In this document: positions 39,001 to 52,988 of the stretch, piece by piece
Numbering within the stretch: the stretch's first letter is position 1
Layout of the letters: every line of letters starts with the position of its first letter
Source: Lama guanicoe
Taxonomy: Eukaryota
Reading direction: 5' to 3'
Assembly: GCA_013239625.1 (NCBI GenBank)
Contig: MU053472.1
Span: 2,240,884 to 2,304,883 of the forward strand
Length of the DNA: 64,000 bases
Notes under the pieces: model-generated
The model's database searches: none
What the model saw: the letters and a program-made list of their open reading frames with translations, nothing else
Told to the model about the DNA's origin: nothing
Translations under genes and position numbers: made by a program

Positions 39001-41024
39001 GGAAAGTGAAACTAAGGGTTTGAAAAAGGTAGAAAGCCAGTACACCTCATTTTAATGACATCAGAATCTATTTCATTGTACACTTAGGAATTACCAGGCA
39101 CGAAAATCAATGCGCAATTTGAAATGACATAAAGCATATGTGAAAAAGCCAGCTTCTCCTGCCAGCAAATAGCCTAAATGTTAAGTAAACCAAAGGCTGG
39201 AAGGGATTAGTTGAAATGTCAAAAGACAACCTTTTACTTTTACCTGCTCATCCTTATAAACACATTCTCATCCCTCAGGCATGCTTTCCAAACAAATAGT
39301 TTCAATGTGCAGCAGGAAAAGGCCCATGGCAAGCTCTGCCATCTTGTAACTGTCAAAGAGATTAGTCTTTGATCTATTTGGGAGGTCATGTCCACATTCA
39401 CATTAGCTATACAGTCCAACAGCATTATACCTGTTGACCAGTGCTTCTTTAATGCCTAATGAGACAGACATTTTATATTATGGAAGTTAACTGTGAATGT
39501 TTTTTCTAAGTTTTGACAGAAAGTAAACACCATAAAGTGAACTCAAGTGTGGTTTGGAAAGATGATCTTTTAGACCAGTTAACATTATTTTTCAAATACA
39601 TTTTACAAGGCTTTCCCAAAATAGAAAGCTATATTTAATTGTACACTCTGGAAGGAGTTTAAACCACTTGCACCCCATCCCCAATAAATTAGTGTATGTG
39701 TAATTTTGGAGGGGTGTGTGAACAGCAGAGAGAAGGCAAATTATTTTATCAGAGCTTGCAAACTGAAGGCCCAAAGTTGTTTTTGTGTGGCCTTTACTGT
39801 AGTTTAAAATAATCTGAAATATTTGCCAACCCTCAACCACCTCACTCATTTAAATAAATCGGTTAACTCCTGTAACAGCTTGTGTTTGCAACCCATTGGT
39901 TCAGATGTTGCACTGATTCACAAAGTACTTTTTTTCATAACTGGAGTTCAATGTTCACACAAAATGAAAAACACCCTTAATATGGTAGTTCCTAGACAAC
40001 TGAAAATATCTCTGCATCAAAGGCTAACCTGATATAAGTAGAGATGGCATCCTGAATAGCAAAGATAGATAATCAAGACTGAAACAGTACCTAGGGAATT
40101 ACGCAAAAATACCCATATAGCATTCAAGCAGAAGTTATATGGCTATGGCTTCCGATTTTACCACTACAATATACTTGAGATGAAACACTAAGTTCCTTAA
40201 GTCCTCCAATGACTCAGTTTTACTGGAAACAGTATAACAGGTATATTACTCATAGCAGTAACATATATAAAATAACCAAAAGGATTATATTGTATATGTC
40301 AACAAGAAATTTAAGTCACAGTTTTGAACATTAGATTATTTTTTTGACTTAGTCAAATCCAATAGTGCTGGCCTTAAATAGTTCTGTACAAGAGTAGCCT
40401 TTTATAAGTTTTATAAGTAGCTTCTGAAGAAATAAATGGTGTGATAAATATGAGCTGGAACTATAAATCCATCTCTTCACTTTACTTCTGCCTCATATGA
40501 AAGACTGTGGAATTTATTCCAATTTGTATAAATATATATTATGATTTCAGTAATAAACACCTTCCTAAAAACAATCAATATAGGCAAAATATACTTTTTT
40601 TCTTTTATGTAAGCTTTATGACAAAAGTTCAGGCCTTGAAATAAGACTAAGAACAAATAATCAGCTAAACTTACTAATTAAAAATATTAAGAAAACTTAG
40701 CCTCGGAAAAATAAACACATTTGTCTAGCAAACACTCAAGAATAGTTTTATCTGTAGCCAAGGTACAGGACTTAAAACGTAAACATTTATAGCAAACCAA
40801 ATCTGGTAGACAGAGACTGTGCATTAGATACATTTATTGCTCCATATCATCACAGTGTAAACACTTTTATCAGAGTATCACAATATAAATTCCAATGGTT
40901 AGAGTTCTAAACTCAGTGTAAGATCTTGTATGTGAAATAATTTAGCTGTATAAAAGGAATATTGCTGGCTTTATTTCATCTGGCGTGTTTTCAAGATTTC
41001 TGAAACATCAAGTTAACCAAAATA

Positions 41025-41026
<2 letters not shown>

Positions 41027-41060
<34 letters not shown>

Positions 41061-41133
41061 ATTTTTTTTAATGGGGAAAAACGGGTTTCTGCCAAGAGTT
41101 AAGAAGCCAGGCTTCCTTTTAGACTTAAAACAC

Positions 41134-41168
<35 letters not shown>
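41027..41168. repeat. (GT)n and (CA)n microsatellites in inverted orientation
   Basis: (GT)15 at 41027-41056 and an interrupted (CA)n at 41131-41168. Confidence 0.95.
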
Positions 41169-41172
<4 letters not shown>

Positions 41173-41646
41173 TGTAGTAGAAATGGTTTTCAATTATTAC
41201 TTACTTTCCTTGTTATACTACACTAGGAACTGACCAGAATAATCTACCAAGAAATAAGAATCAAGACATAGTAACAGACATAGTAATAGTAATATAATTT
41301 ATCTCATATATGCTTTAAGACTGCTTTGGGTAAGATACTCTTTGCAGAGAAATCTACATTAAACTTTGTGTCATAAATTGTCAGTATTGAAATAAATAGC
41401 CTAAAAATTTCAAATAAAAGAAAAAGAACAAAATATATTCACCCTAAATCATGCACCTCTCGCTCTCAACATATAACATATAACCTCAACTGATTATAAC
41501 AATTTAGCTACTACACTATAATAGTTTATTGGTAACTCAGTAACATTAAACAATCCTGAATATATGCTTTAGATAATAATAATGCAAAAACATTGCTCTC
41601 TGTCAGTATGCAGTAGTAGATCTTGATTTTTTTTAAAGGCAGGCAG

Positions 41647-41752
41647 TTTTTTTTTAATAGCTTTATGCTTCATTTATTATTGTATTATTTAATTATTTTG
41701 GTGGGGGGGAGGTAACTAGGTTTATTTATTTTTAGACGAGGTAGTGGAGATT
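41647..41752 (-). mobile_element. Truncated vic-1-like SINE 3' part
   Basis: 'ggggggaggtaactaggtttatttattttta...gaggtagtggagatt' is the reverse complement of the SINE 3' half seen at 56710-56760. Confidence 0.65.
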
Positions 41753-44610
41753 TTGATTTTTTTAAATTAGGAAAACAATTTGTTAAGATAAGAGCCTAGG
41801 AAAAAAGCAGAAATTAATATTTTTCTATTAAAAGAAAAAAAAACATTTACTACTTTAAGACATCCAAGAAACAACCTAATATATGCTTATTCTGTAAAGG
41901 GCTAAGTTAAAGAAGAATTAAGAGTAATAGGCTTTGTGGCAATTTAATTAGGCTATTCATACTAAAATATTGCCCAGGTAAACCTGAAAATGCTAAAATT
42001 ATCATTTCTAGAAAATGCTACATATACATGTATATATTCATGCTATACTCTATTTTGAGAGATATAATGGAAAAAGCATATCGCCTGGACTCAAAGCTTC
42101 AACACTCAGTTGTCTGACCTTGAGCAAGTCACAGTACCCCATTTAGCTTTCTTTCTCAGTTTCCTCCTCTGCCCACCTTACCTCACAGAGCTGGTTCAAG
42201 AAATAAATGACAATGGACACAGAAGCATCATATATTAGAGGTAAGTGAGCTAGAGTCATTACTTGGCCCTTATTTCTAAAAATCGGTATAGGTTTGGGTG
42301 GGCTCTACATGCTGTTGTAATACACAGCTGCATGTAAATGAAAGAAGCCGTAATGACATGACAGAGACAACGGCTGTTCATATCAGATCAGAGTTTTAAC
42401 ACTTGGGTCAACTCTCTTTGAAGGTGGTTAACCTACACTACTCAATACATGGACACATTATTTTAGGTGACTTACAAGTTTCTTCAGCTTATGGCATGGC
42501 TACTTTTTCATCAAATATCAATGAAAATATGAACATTGGCAGGACACACAGAGAACAGCGTTCAGTTTGGAAACAACCTTTTTCTAAATGACTTCTGCAA
42601 ATTGATCTCAAATTTTCTGAGAAATTATAACATTAGCACTCTTTAATATTCTTCAAAATATTTTTTGATCACTTTGCAACCTATGAGCCATATTTGAAGG
42701 GAACTATGTAAAATGTTAGAGGTGTAATCTACAGAATGAGTGCATGACTGGTCCTCTATGAGTCCAAATATTATTTCTTACATATATCTTAAAATCTAGA
42801 GCTTCCCTTGTTAAAGTCACATATGAGAGCCAAATACCATGAATAAACCCTTCTAGCAATAACAACTAACAAAATGAAATACTGTCTTATATAAGAAAGC
42901 AACGTGAGGCTGTAAATGAAACCCAAGGCTCTTAAAGGAATGCGCCAATATTTAAAGGTTTTGTTAAGGGGAATGAGTAGTGCTGCATTCAGCAAGTGAC
43001 TGAGACTTGTACCTACTCAAATACAACCTGCAAGATAGCAAGATCTCTCATGGAGGAGGCTTGTGGATGCAGAAGACGCAGTCCTAAGCACTGAGGCCCT
43101 GGGAAAGTTGTACAGAATTTTTGTGGCAATGGCAGGCATAGAAAGTAGGAGCTAATCCCAGTGAGAGGAGGTTCAGACTCAGATTTCACATGATTAAACA
43201 CCATGACACGTAAAAACGAACATAAGCAAGAAAAAGTGTGCACGTAAGAAAAAAAAGATTACATGAGTATAGGAAAATACCGAAAACATGCTTAAAACCT
43301 TAAAACTCTATTACCTCCACAGCCCAACAAATGAAGTATGATACTTTTGCCATCTAGATTTTTATTATTACATCCAAACTTATCTTTCAAACATGTTTGT
43401 TTTTTAAAAAACATTTATTATGTCCTACCTTTGCAATATTATTGTTAGGAACATTTGATTCAGAGCTCAAGTGTGAATGTGTGAGTGTGGGAATAACGCA
43501 TATGCAATCACTGTACTTTAAAATCTCACACTTTACCTTAGAAAGTAATGAAGACTTCTGGTTTTGGGGAGGCAAAAACATTTTTTTTGCTTCTTTCTTT
43601 GCCTCTTAAAAAAACAACCCCAAATTAGAAATCAAATAAGAAAGAGAAATAGACTCCATCTTCAATTGAATTAAGACATCTGTAACCTTAAACCCAAATA
43701 TATGAACATGAAAAGCAGAGGGACAAATGGTAAATGATGAAGTAGAGGTGAAAGTTCAAAATGAAGAGTCCAGATAGGCTGAGGAAATGGATGCATAGGG
43801 AGCCTGTTGGAGGACGTGTACCACAAAGATGAAACAAGAAACAAGACATGGGAGGAAGATCTAAGACCCAGGAAAATTGGGACCCAACACAGAAGACAAG
43901 CAAATAAAATTCCTGGTATGACAGCAAAGGGAAATCTCATGATACTGGCAATTAAGCAAACTTAAAGAGCAACTTAGTCTTGACTGCGGAAGGAGTTCAG
44001 AAGACTCCAGAAGGGATGTCTTTAAGAGGAGAAAAGAACTGACCTATTATTTGACAGGTCTCATAGGAAAACAGTATTGAGAGGTGTTAGACATATTTAT
44101 TGAAGATTTCTTTAAAGATCTTTTTAAAAGAAAAAATTAAAAAGTTAAAGAAAGGAAGGAAATCATTTGACCTCAGTGAACAATATTTTTTCATAGTCAT
44201 AATAATGTGACTATTGATTGTGGATTAAACTTTAAAAGTTGTTGCAAAACTATACTGGGAGGATATAAGAAATGAAAGGTGGCATAAGTGAGCTAAAATC
44301 CTATCTCGTATGGGAAGTACATAGTTAATGTCTAAAACTGATTAAATAGAGACAAAATACGGAGGTAAATACCAGATGAAATGGATAAAAGAAGTGAAAG
44401 TCATTGCTTCTCAGAAGCAGGGGCTAGGAGAGGGGCAGAAGCTTAGAGACTGTTAATATAAGAAATCATCTACTGTATTTAGTATAAACAAGGCTCTTAG
44501 TAAAAGCTGTATCAGATTTTTTTTCAACTTGATAAAAAATAATTTAAAAATAAATGCAGACTGTTCATTTTAATTCATGACATACACTTGTATGATTTCA
44601 CTATATAAAG

Positions 44611-44832
44611 CAAGGGTGTTCAAAGGAGAGTGATTAGGCCTACCAGAAGATATTGGCACTATCTGAAGACATTTTTGGTTGTTACAACTGGTGGAGGGGA
44701 GAAGGGGTTGCTACTGGCATCTACAGGTAAGTCCAGAGACGCAGCTAAACATCTTACCATGCACAGCCCATCGCTCACAACAAAGAATTATCCTGCCCAA
44801 AATGTCATTAGTGCCAAGCTTGAGAAACCCTA
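44611..44832. mobile_element. MER20 hAT DNA transposon
   Basis: 'tctgaagacatttttggttgttacaactgg...ctactggcatcta...aagaattatcctgcccaaaatgtca...tgagaaaccct'. Confidence 0.85.
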
Positions 44833-46369
44833 CTATTAAGCACTTTTAAAGAATAAATCTGATCATTTTGATGCAATAGGAAATGACACTATGACTTATT
44901 ATGTAGCTTATTATTCTCCCTGGTACATTGGGACTATGTGTCCCACAGTTAGAAAGCATAAACTGAACTCATTCCCAAAGTATCAAAACTTTAACCTCAC
45001 TGAAAAACAGGAAGACTGATGCTGAAGACACTGAACAGTGATGTCTACTACATCTTATGTTATCTGCGACCTTAAGGCTTTCTAGGTGGAAAAACTCCAA
45101 GTGATACACTCACCTGAAGACCATCTACGTATCTGTACCCTGTAGGCTTTAAGGGAATCTGAATAAATAGATTAAAATCCACTAAAACCAAAATTCTACT
45201 CAGAAGGAAAAAAACTATTTTCAGAGAAGTGAAAAAACAGTTCCGCCGCTTCCCTTAAGTAGTGCCACTGATTATGCTCTGTGCCAACAGAACTGTCAAC
45301 CAACCCTCCAAGTCCCCAGGGTGATAAATGCACTTTTAAGCCTTCACTCTACCATGAGAGCAAAAGTAAAATATAAAGGTTAACAAAGCTCTTGTCCTCG
45401 CCAAAAACCAAGATAAACACAGGAAAATAACTTCAAAATTTTAAAAAATATTTATTATTAATTATCCAAAAGTTTAACTTGTAGCTATATTCAGGCATGG
45501 CTTTTTTCCCAAGGACATACAGTGATATGAATATTAGAAGAAAAAGGCTGTCAATCAGACTTGCTTAAAATTTTGTGATTTTAAATGTTTCCTCCCCTAA
45601 TAACCAAATACTCCTTTAATAAGTATGGGGATTTTTTTCTAATTAAAGATATCTCAGCAATTCAACCATTTATTTTGTGTTTTTATGTTTGTTTTTCAGG
45701 AGGGATGGGAAGAAAGGATTTGGTTATCTCATTTTTCATAGTCCAAGGCAAACTGAGTTGTTGGTTTAGGTGGCATACTTAGATTTAAACTAGATTTTAA
45801 TTTTTGAAATTCAAGATATACTTAGAACTGACTATAACTCATTAAAAAAAAATTCATGATAAGTGTAAGTCAAATCACTATGCTGTTACACCTTAAATTT
45901 ACCCAGTGCTGTATGTCAATTATATCTCAATAAAACTGGAAGAAAAAATGAATTAAAATAAGATAGTAACACTAAAAACAAAACAAGATATACTTAGAAC
46001 CTGCGTTAATAATACTTTTGGCCAAATCACCTTAAAAAAAAAAAGCTGAAAACAAAGTTTTCTGAGGAAGAAACAAAGGTTTAAATAACAAGGATAAATT
46101 TATTCTAGACATTCAGAGGTGACGAGGTTTTTCTCCCATACCTGTGATTTGGCCTAAATGTTTCCAACAATTCCAACAGCAAGTTGCTGGACGCCTACAT
46201 GGCAGAGTTTAGTATTACAGCCCTTTAAGTTTATATACACAGCCTTTCCCCCTGGGTAGCCGCGTATTATCATCAGGGCGAGATCCAGGTGGGTTTCTGT
46301 ATCAGATGCTACACTATAACCAGAAGTCCACTACACTCTGACCCCAGGCGCTATTCCTGGATCCGGTTT

Positions 46370-46895
46370 CCCATAGCTTAGCATAAAGTATCAAACCCTT
46401 AAAATGGCACACAGGGCCCTAAATGATTTGGCTCCTTAATTCGTCTCCCAGCCTCTGTCCACATGCCATTCTCCCCAGTTCACTTTCTACCTTAGCTTCT
46501 TTCAATTCCTGGGAATAACTCTCTTCTTTCACACCTTAGGGCCTTAGCATATGCTGTTCTATCTGCTGAGAATACTCTTATCCATTCTGCTCACCTACAG
46601 AACTCCTAGCCTTCTTTCCTGTGTCAGGTTAAATATCACTTCCTCAGGAAGTGTGTCTTTACCCCAAAAGACTAGGTCAGGATCCTGTATATATTCTCAT
46701 AGTTCCTGTGATTTTTTTTCTTATACCCTTCATCACAAGTGTAATTAATTGTTTCTTTATTACTTTAATTTCAACATTCCTCACTAGACTGTAAGCTCTA
46801 TGAGACAGGGGGCTACAAATCTATGCAGTGCATCACTATGTCACCAGTCTATAAAGTATTTGGTACTCCAGCCAGATATTCAAAAAATGGTTGTT
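46370..46895 (+). mobile_element. L2 LINE 3' fragment
   Basis: 'aaatatcacttcctcaggaag...cactagactgtaagctctatgagacaggg'. Confidence 0.75.
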
Positions 46896-49159
46896 TCATT
46901 ATTCTAAATAGTCTTAACAATCTGAATAGTTTTGATGAGGCCATTCCAGTTTATCAAGTGTTTGTAAGTTTGAATCTCAACGTAGGCAAGACTCAAATCT
47001 CATTTCTCTAGCTCCTCCATTTATTTTAGGCAAATCAGTCAAGGTAAATGGATATCTGGATGGGAAGTGAAAGGTGTTGCTCAATTTCACTTTCCCTAAG
47101 CACTGGAACATCCAGATTCTACCTCACCAAAACATCCTGTTCCACGTTCAAATCCTTTAGTAACTTATAAACAGCATTAGAGATAGCATCTTGTTCATTT
47201 TCACACTTACTATATTTATATTTAGTACAAAGTAGGCTCTTATTCAAAGTTATTAGGAAAAGTTTTCATTTCTGAAATTGAATTTGTCTTGATACACTAT
47301 AATCCTTTGCATTCCTGCCTTCATTCATCTACTCATGAATATTCACACTGCTGTCAATGCAATAAGACTAATGAAGGAACAACATCAATCTACTTAAAAA
47401 GAAATGTCAGATTAAGAATTCTAATGCTGCCATCATCTAACAATATTTTGACACTTGAAAACTTGGTTTAATGTGCACTCAACTTTATTAATGCTGTTAT
47501 CCTTTGGGGCAAGCAATGGGTAACAGCCCTTTTCTAAGGTTTACAAAATGCCAAGAACACATGGGAGCCTATAAATTTATGTGTGTTTGTTTTAAAGTCA
47601 ATAACTAATTTAGCAAAATTAAAATAGATGCCTGTATTTTTTAATTATTCATGTAATTTCTCAAAATTGACTTAAAATAATATACTTAAATGGTTCAGAG
47701 CTAAAAGAAGTTTCCTAAATGAAAAAAGGAATTCATAATGCTTATTATATGCCACTACTAAATTAACTAATCACATCACTATCAGAATTTTAGTTTTCAA
47801 ATGCAATCTATTTTCATAACTCAACTTACTATATTACTAAAGAAAAATAATACAGAAACATAAAATGTATTATCTTAATGTATCAGAAGAGCTCTTATAA
47901 TAATTAATACACCAACTAAACCAATTACAGAAATCTAAGATACCAACTTGACCATTTTTAATGTGTAAAAATTTTTAGGCACATGCCATGGTTTTACGAA
48001 TTTTCCCTCAGAGGAAAAGGCATAATACTCATGAAGGGAAAATATTTTTATATACTACTAAACTATATTAAGAAATGCAAATAAAATGAAATTTTAAAAA
48101 CTAAATACTGTACCTTATAATGTCTCACAAATTATGACCATGCCACCAATTTTAGATGTGGATGCCTGAATTATAAAGTTGAAGGCTGTTTAAGTCTTTA
48201 GATCATACTAATTGGCCAAAGGATTTGCTTTAGATATCCACTAAAAGGGCAGTGTTGTTACACTGTGATTTAATTGCATTAAAATAAAACAACTTTTCTT
48301 TTAGTGATATTTTTCCACCAACATCTAATCATATAAAGGCCTTGGTTCACTCTGCTGCCCCTCAAATACTTTGCTTTAGTGCACAGAAAGTTTTCTTTTT
48401 AGCTATTACACGATTAAGTATGTCCTTATAGAATGATCAGAAGCATCTGGGAAAGGTGGAAGTGAAAAAAATCCTCACTGGGAAAGTTAGCTTAATGCCT
48501 GCCCTTCAGAGTGGCCCATTATCAACCTTTCATAGTGGGTTTCTTTATTTTCAGGTCCCTGAGGTATGTGCCATAAATTATGACTTGAACTAAACAAGTC
48601 ACACTTGGCTCCAAAATGAAATTTTCCTACCTCTATTTTCTAGTCCCCAAGGTGGGAAGAGGAAATCCTGGTCACAGCCAAAGAAGTCATATTTTTGGCT
48701 CCAACAGACATTTTCCTGCTTCTCTAAAAGCCAAACTCTGCAGTTGAGACTACAAGAGTCTTAAGTTAGTATTTTAAACTGCATTTTAATTTTTACTTCC
48801 ATAATCTGTCTCAAATTTAAGAAAAAAATTTAGTATCGTAAAATTGTCACTGCCCTCTTCCCCCCACTCAAATCACTTTTCTAACTCAGACACTGACCTT
48901 GACTCTTTAAAATATGAATTCAAATGAAAGTATAGAGAAAATGATACAGAAATAGTTTCATTTCCATAAGGTAGCATATTTAAGGTTTTCATTTATAAAT
49001 AACTTCTACTTATTTTGCACAATAGACTGAGTATTAATGTAAAAGAAAACTATAAAGTCTTAATTTATGGCCCAGCAATTTGAAGTATCATTTTAGGTTT
49101 GGAAGAGCCATTAACAGAAATCATTTAGTTCACCATTTCGTTTTATAGAAAACAAGAAT

Positions 49160-49621
49160 ATGGCAAGCACACCCTAAGGTAACTCCCAGAGAGTCATGTC
49201 TTATATAATCCTCTCACCCTGAATGTGAGCAGAACCTGTGACTTGCTTCTAGCCAACAGAACATGGCAAGGGTGATGGGGCAGTCACTCTGTTGATCAGG
49301 TTATATTTTATAAGGCAAAGGTATGAGGAGGTTACTCCTGTGATTATGTTGTTACATGACTCCATCTGAGGAGATCAGAGCTAGATAGTATCCTGAATTC
49401 TGCCAACATCCAGAATGAGCTTGGAAGAAGACCCCAAGATCCAGATGAGAATGCAGCCCAGCCAACACACTGACTGCAGCCTTGTGGAACCCTGAGCAGC
49501 GGATCCAGCTAAGCCAAGTCCAGAATCCTAACTCATAGAAACTGTGAAATAAGAAATGTGTGCTGTTTTAAGCCACTGTGTTTGTGATCATTTATAACAC
49601 AGCAATAGAATACTAATATAG
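49160..49621. mobile_element. MaLR (MLT1-type) solo LTR
   Basis: Ends 'gaaactgtgaaataagaaatgtgtgctgttttaagccactgtgtttgtg...acacagcaatagaatactaata'. Confidence 0.85.
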
Positions 49622-50187
49622 AGTGACAGCCAATATAATAAAAATAAGATACCCTCTCCATTTATTATGTTCTACTATGTATTAGAGTGTAAAATGATAC
49701 TGGAATTGAGCATTCCCTTCTGTAACTCCGTTAATGATTTATGATTGTAACATACTGTACTGCCTTATTATAAGTCATATTAATGTTTACTACTGTCCTA
49801 TTCATTATCATCTAATAATGCTTACTATCATTATCATGCCTTAATTAAAGTATCTATGAAAGGAGGGTTGTTATTTTTCCTAATAACAACGTCAAGTAAA
49901 ACAAACAACAAAACCAAATATTATGATAACATATTAAATATACTTAACTTTTAGTTTTATTTTAATTTTACATTAAGTAATACTTTATATTCAATACTTA
50001 ATTATAATAAATATATTTAACTATATAAGTATACATATTTAAGAATTAAACTATGTATAAATATTTAAATAGCAGCCTATAAATATCAGTCTTTTGAATG
50101 AACGATTTATAAATATCCTTTAAAAAATCCTTTAGTTAAGGAAAAAAAGGCAGGACTAAAGGAGTCCTTATTCTAAGCCCTGTGCCA

Positions 50188-50583
50188 TCTGTGGTGGAAA
50201 ATACCCACCACCCCTCTCCCACCACTGCTGATTTGGGGCTTGGGCATGTGACATGCTTTGGGCGGTATGTGAGTAGATGCGACATAAGCAGGTATGTGAA
50301 AAGACTTGCGCAGTCAAGCCTGCTCCCTTGTCCTTCTGTCATTACAATGATAACATGTTTTGGCTGGTCTGTGGGTCCAAGAAGCATAAGATACATGAAG
50401 AGCAGGGCTGATCAAGTTGAGCGCAACCTATGTTGGTCAGACCACAGCAGGGCGACTGAGCCCAGCCGAAATCACCCATCGCCCACCCGAACCTCACAGA
50501 TGCGTGACCCATAATAAATGATTGTTCTTTTAAGTCACTGGGTTTTAGAACTGTTCGTTAGGCAGGAAAAACTGATCCAGACA
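50188..50583. mobile_element. MaLR (MLT1-type) solo LTR
   Basis: 'gggcatgtgacatgctttgg...aataaatgattgttcttttaagtcactgggttttaga...aaaactgat'. Confidence 0.8.
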
Positions 50584-52499
50584 TATGGCAAAAGAAATAC
50601 ACTTCCCTTACAAATGGTGTTTCCTGTACAGATTTTTCCTCTTTATCTGTCCCTTGATCCTGAAGCTTGGATTACTCTAGGGTCTACCCTACTTGCCCTT
50701 CTAGGAACCACTAGGGAAACTCCTTTAGAGTCAGCCTCCTCCTCCCTACGCAGACTTCATTGAAGCTTCTGTTATTTTGCTGTTTCATACAATAGAGCTA
50801 CTGCAATTCAGATAAGCAGAACCATGAAAAGCAGGACCATTGCTGAGGAAAGTCACAGCAAGTCACTGGTATCTTTTTTCTTTTTTTGGTATGACAGACT
50901 GAGACATTGTTGCCTGGAAAGAACTTATCCTAAGGAAAGAAAGCATTAAGAAACCCAAGATTGGTGCGATAATACCCAGAATTACAGTTGTTGGGAGAGA
51001 GAGCAGAGAAAATAGAAGGTCAGTGTAATCTTTTTTTCTTCTCAAGTAACACTTTATTTAATTTTAAGGATTTTTCAAAAAATAAAATAAACATCTGTCT
51101 TTTTATCATATTTTTTGAAGCTTTTAAAAAAATAAAACGAACATTATAGAAAAAGCTAAAGTCCCTTTTGGTAACTACCCTCTATGTGATTCCTTTCTCT
51201 TCTCAGATGTAATCACTATTATGAGTGTGAATCGTTTTAGGCTTGTTACTTCGTAAGCGTAATATTTAGTACAGCTGAGACACTAGCCATACAGTTATCT
51301 CCTTTTCCAGCTCTCAATGACTCATATTTACGTCCAGGAAAGAAAGAAGATACAAACAAAAGTTGAAAGAGCTAGTTTTAGGGGAAAAAAATTTATATTT
51401 AAGACACAGGAAGAGCATGTGGTAGAAAGTGTGGGAAAGAAATTCTCTCTACTTGAACAGAGCAGCATTAGTGCAATACTATAGGGCCAAGGTGAAATGA
51501 TACATCATCACAAGAGGCAGTACCACCGCCAACAGCCGTGCACTCAGCAGCACTCAGCTTCCGTGGAAGGAGCACAAATGCTGCTGACGGGGGACGAAAC
51601 CGTTTTCTTGAGTGGGCGTCAACTGTTTCATCAGTAGGAGTAGTCAGAGGCAACATCAGCCATTCTAGAACAGGAGCCCCTGGAATCATCAGCAGCCCTC
51701 TCACTGGCAGCGCCGGCAACTAGGGAAAGGCAGCGGAAGCCACCTGAGTTACCGTAGGCTGGACGGTGAAACATCCCCGAGGACTTTCAGAAATTTTGAC
51801 AAGGTCCAGAGGTTAGGGAAAAGTAGGAGCTAACCAGAGAAATGCTGTTTGCTACTGTTAATATTATATAATTCACAGTGTCTAGTAAAGTATTAACAAT
51901 AAAGAAGATAACTACGTAGGGAAAGGATTCTTGCTTTAGTGTGAGACCCTAACAGGCTGTATCCTGTGGGATTATACACAATGGAGTCAGCTCAGCGGCC
52001 AGAAAAGCCTCAAGTCTTGGTCTCAGATTGCCAGTACCTTCAAATGCCTGCAGGAAGTAAAAGAAAATCCTCCCTGATGAAGATGACATCATCTTAGGTT
52101 TCAAATTATCGCTACAACTAATTTTTCAAATATGTTCAGCAAACAATCAGTGAAAATGAAGCAAAACTCCTGTGTCTGGCCAAGGCAGAATAAGTGGTTT
52201 AGAAATATCCTTCCCACTGGAGAAAACAGTTAAAGCAACTGCTTTCAGGGAGTAGACACTAGGCAGCATAAAACTGTAAACTCAGAGATAAGGGAAATCC
52301 GTTATGTGAACTCCATGATTCTCAGTTCTCTTCCTGGGTATAATTTCAATAAATAGGATAGAGCACTGAAGTACAGAGTACGGGGGTCCTGCTGAGCTGA
52401 AGTGGAAGGTATCAGAACTTGAAGCAGCTAAGATCACTGAAATCTGCAGGGCAGGGCATGGCATTAGAAAGAAGAGAGAAAGAGAAAGGGTCCCACAAT

Positions 52500-52680
52500 T
52501 CCCTGGGAGGGTCCCTGTCAGTCTGTGGCTAAGAATTTGACAAAACACAAATTGCTGGGCTCTACCTCCAGAATTTCTGCCTCAGTAGGTCTGAAGGGAG
52601 CTTACAAATATATATATTTCTATCAAGTTCCCCGATGATACGGACATTCCTGACTCAGGACCACACTGAGAAAAATTATT
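52500..52680. mobile_element. MER5-like hAT DNA transposon
   Basis: 'aattgctgggctctacctccagaatttctgcctcagtaggtctg...caagttccccgatgat...ggaccacactgagaa'. Confidence 0.7.
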
Positions 52681-52739
52681 GAGCAAAAGACTGTGTAAGT
52701 TAAAAATAAAGTAAATCCACATCTACTAAACCTTTCTTA

Positions 52740-52988
<249 letters not shown>

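Noticed and set aside
51468..51800. GC/CpG-richer patch with short ORFs as a promoter or CpG island
   Set aside because: Too short and only modestly CpG-rich. More likely a remnant of an old retroelement 5' region, and it cannot be assigned from sequence alone.
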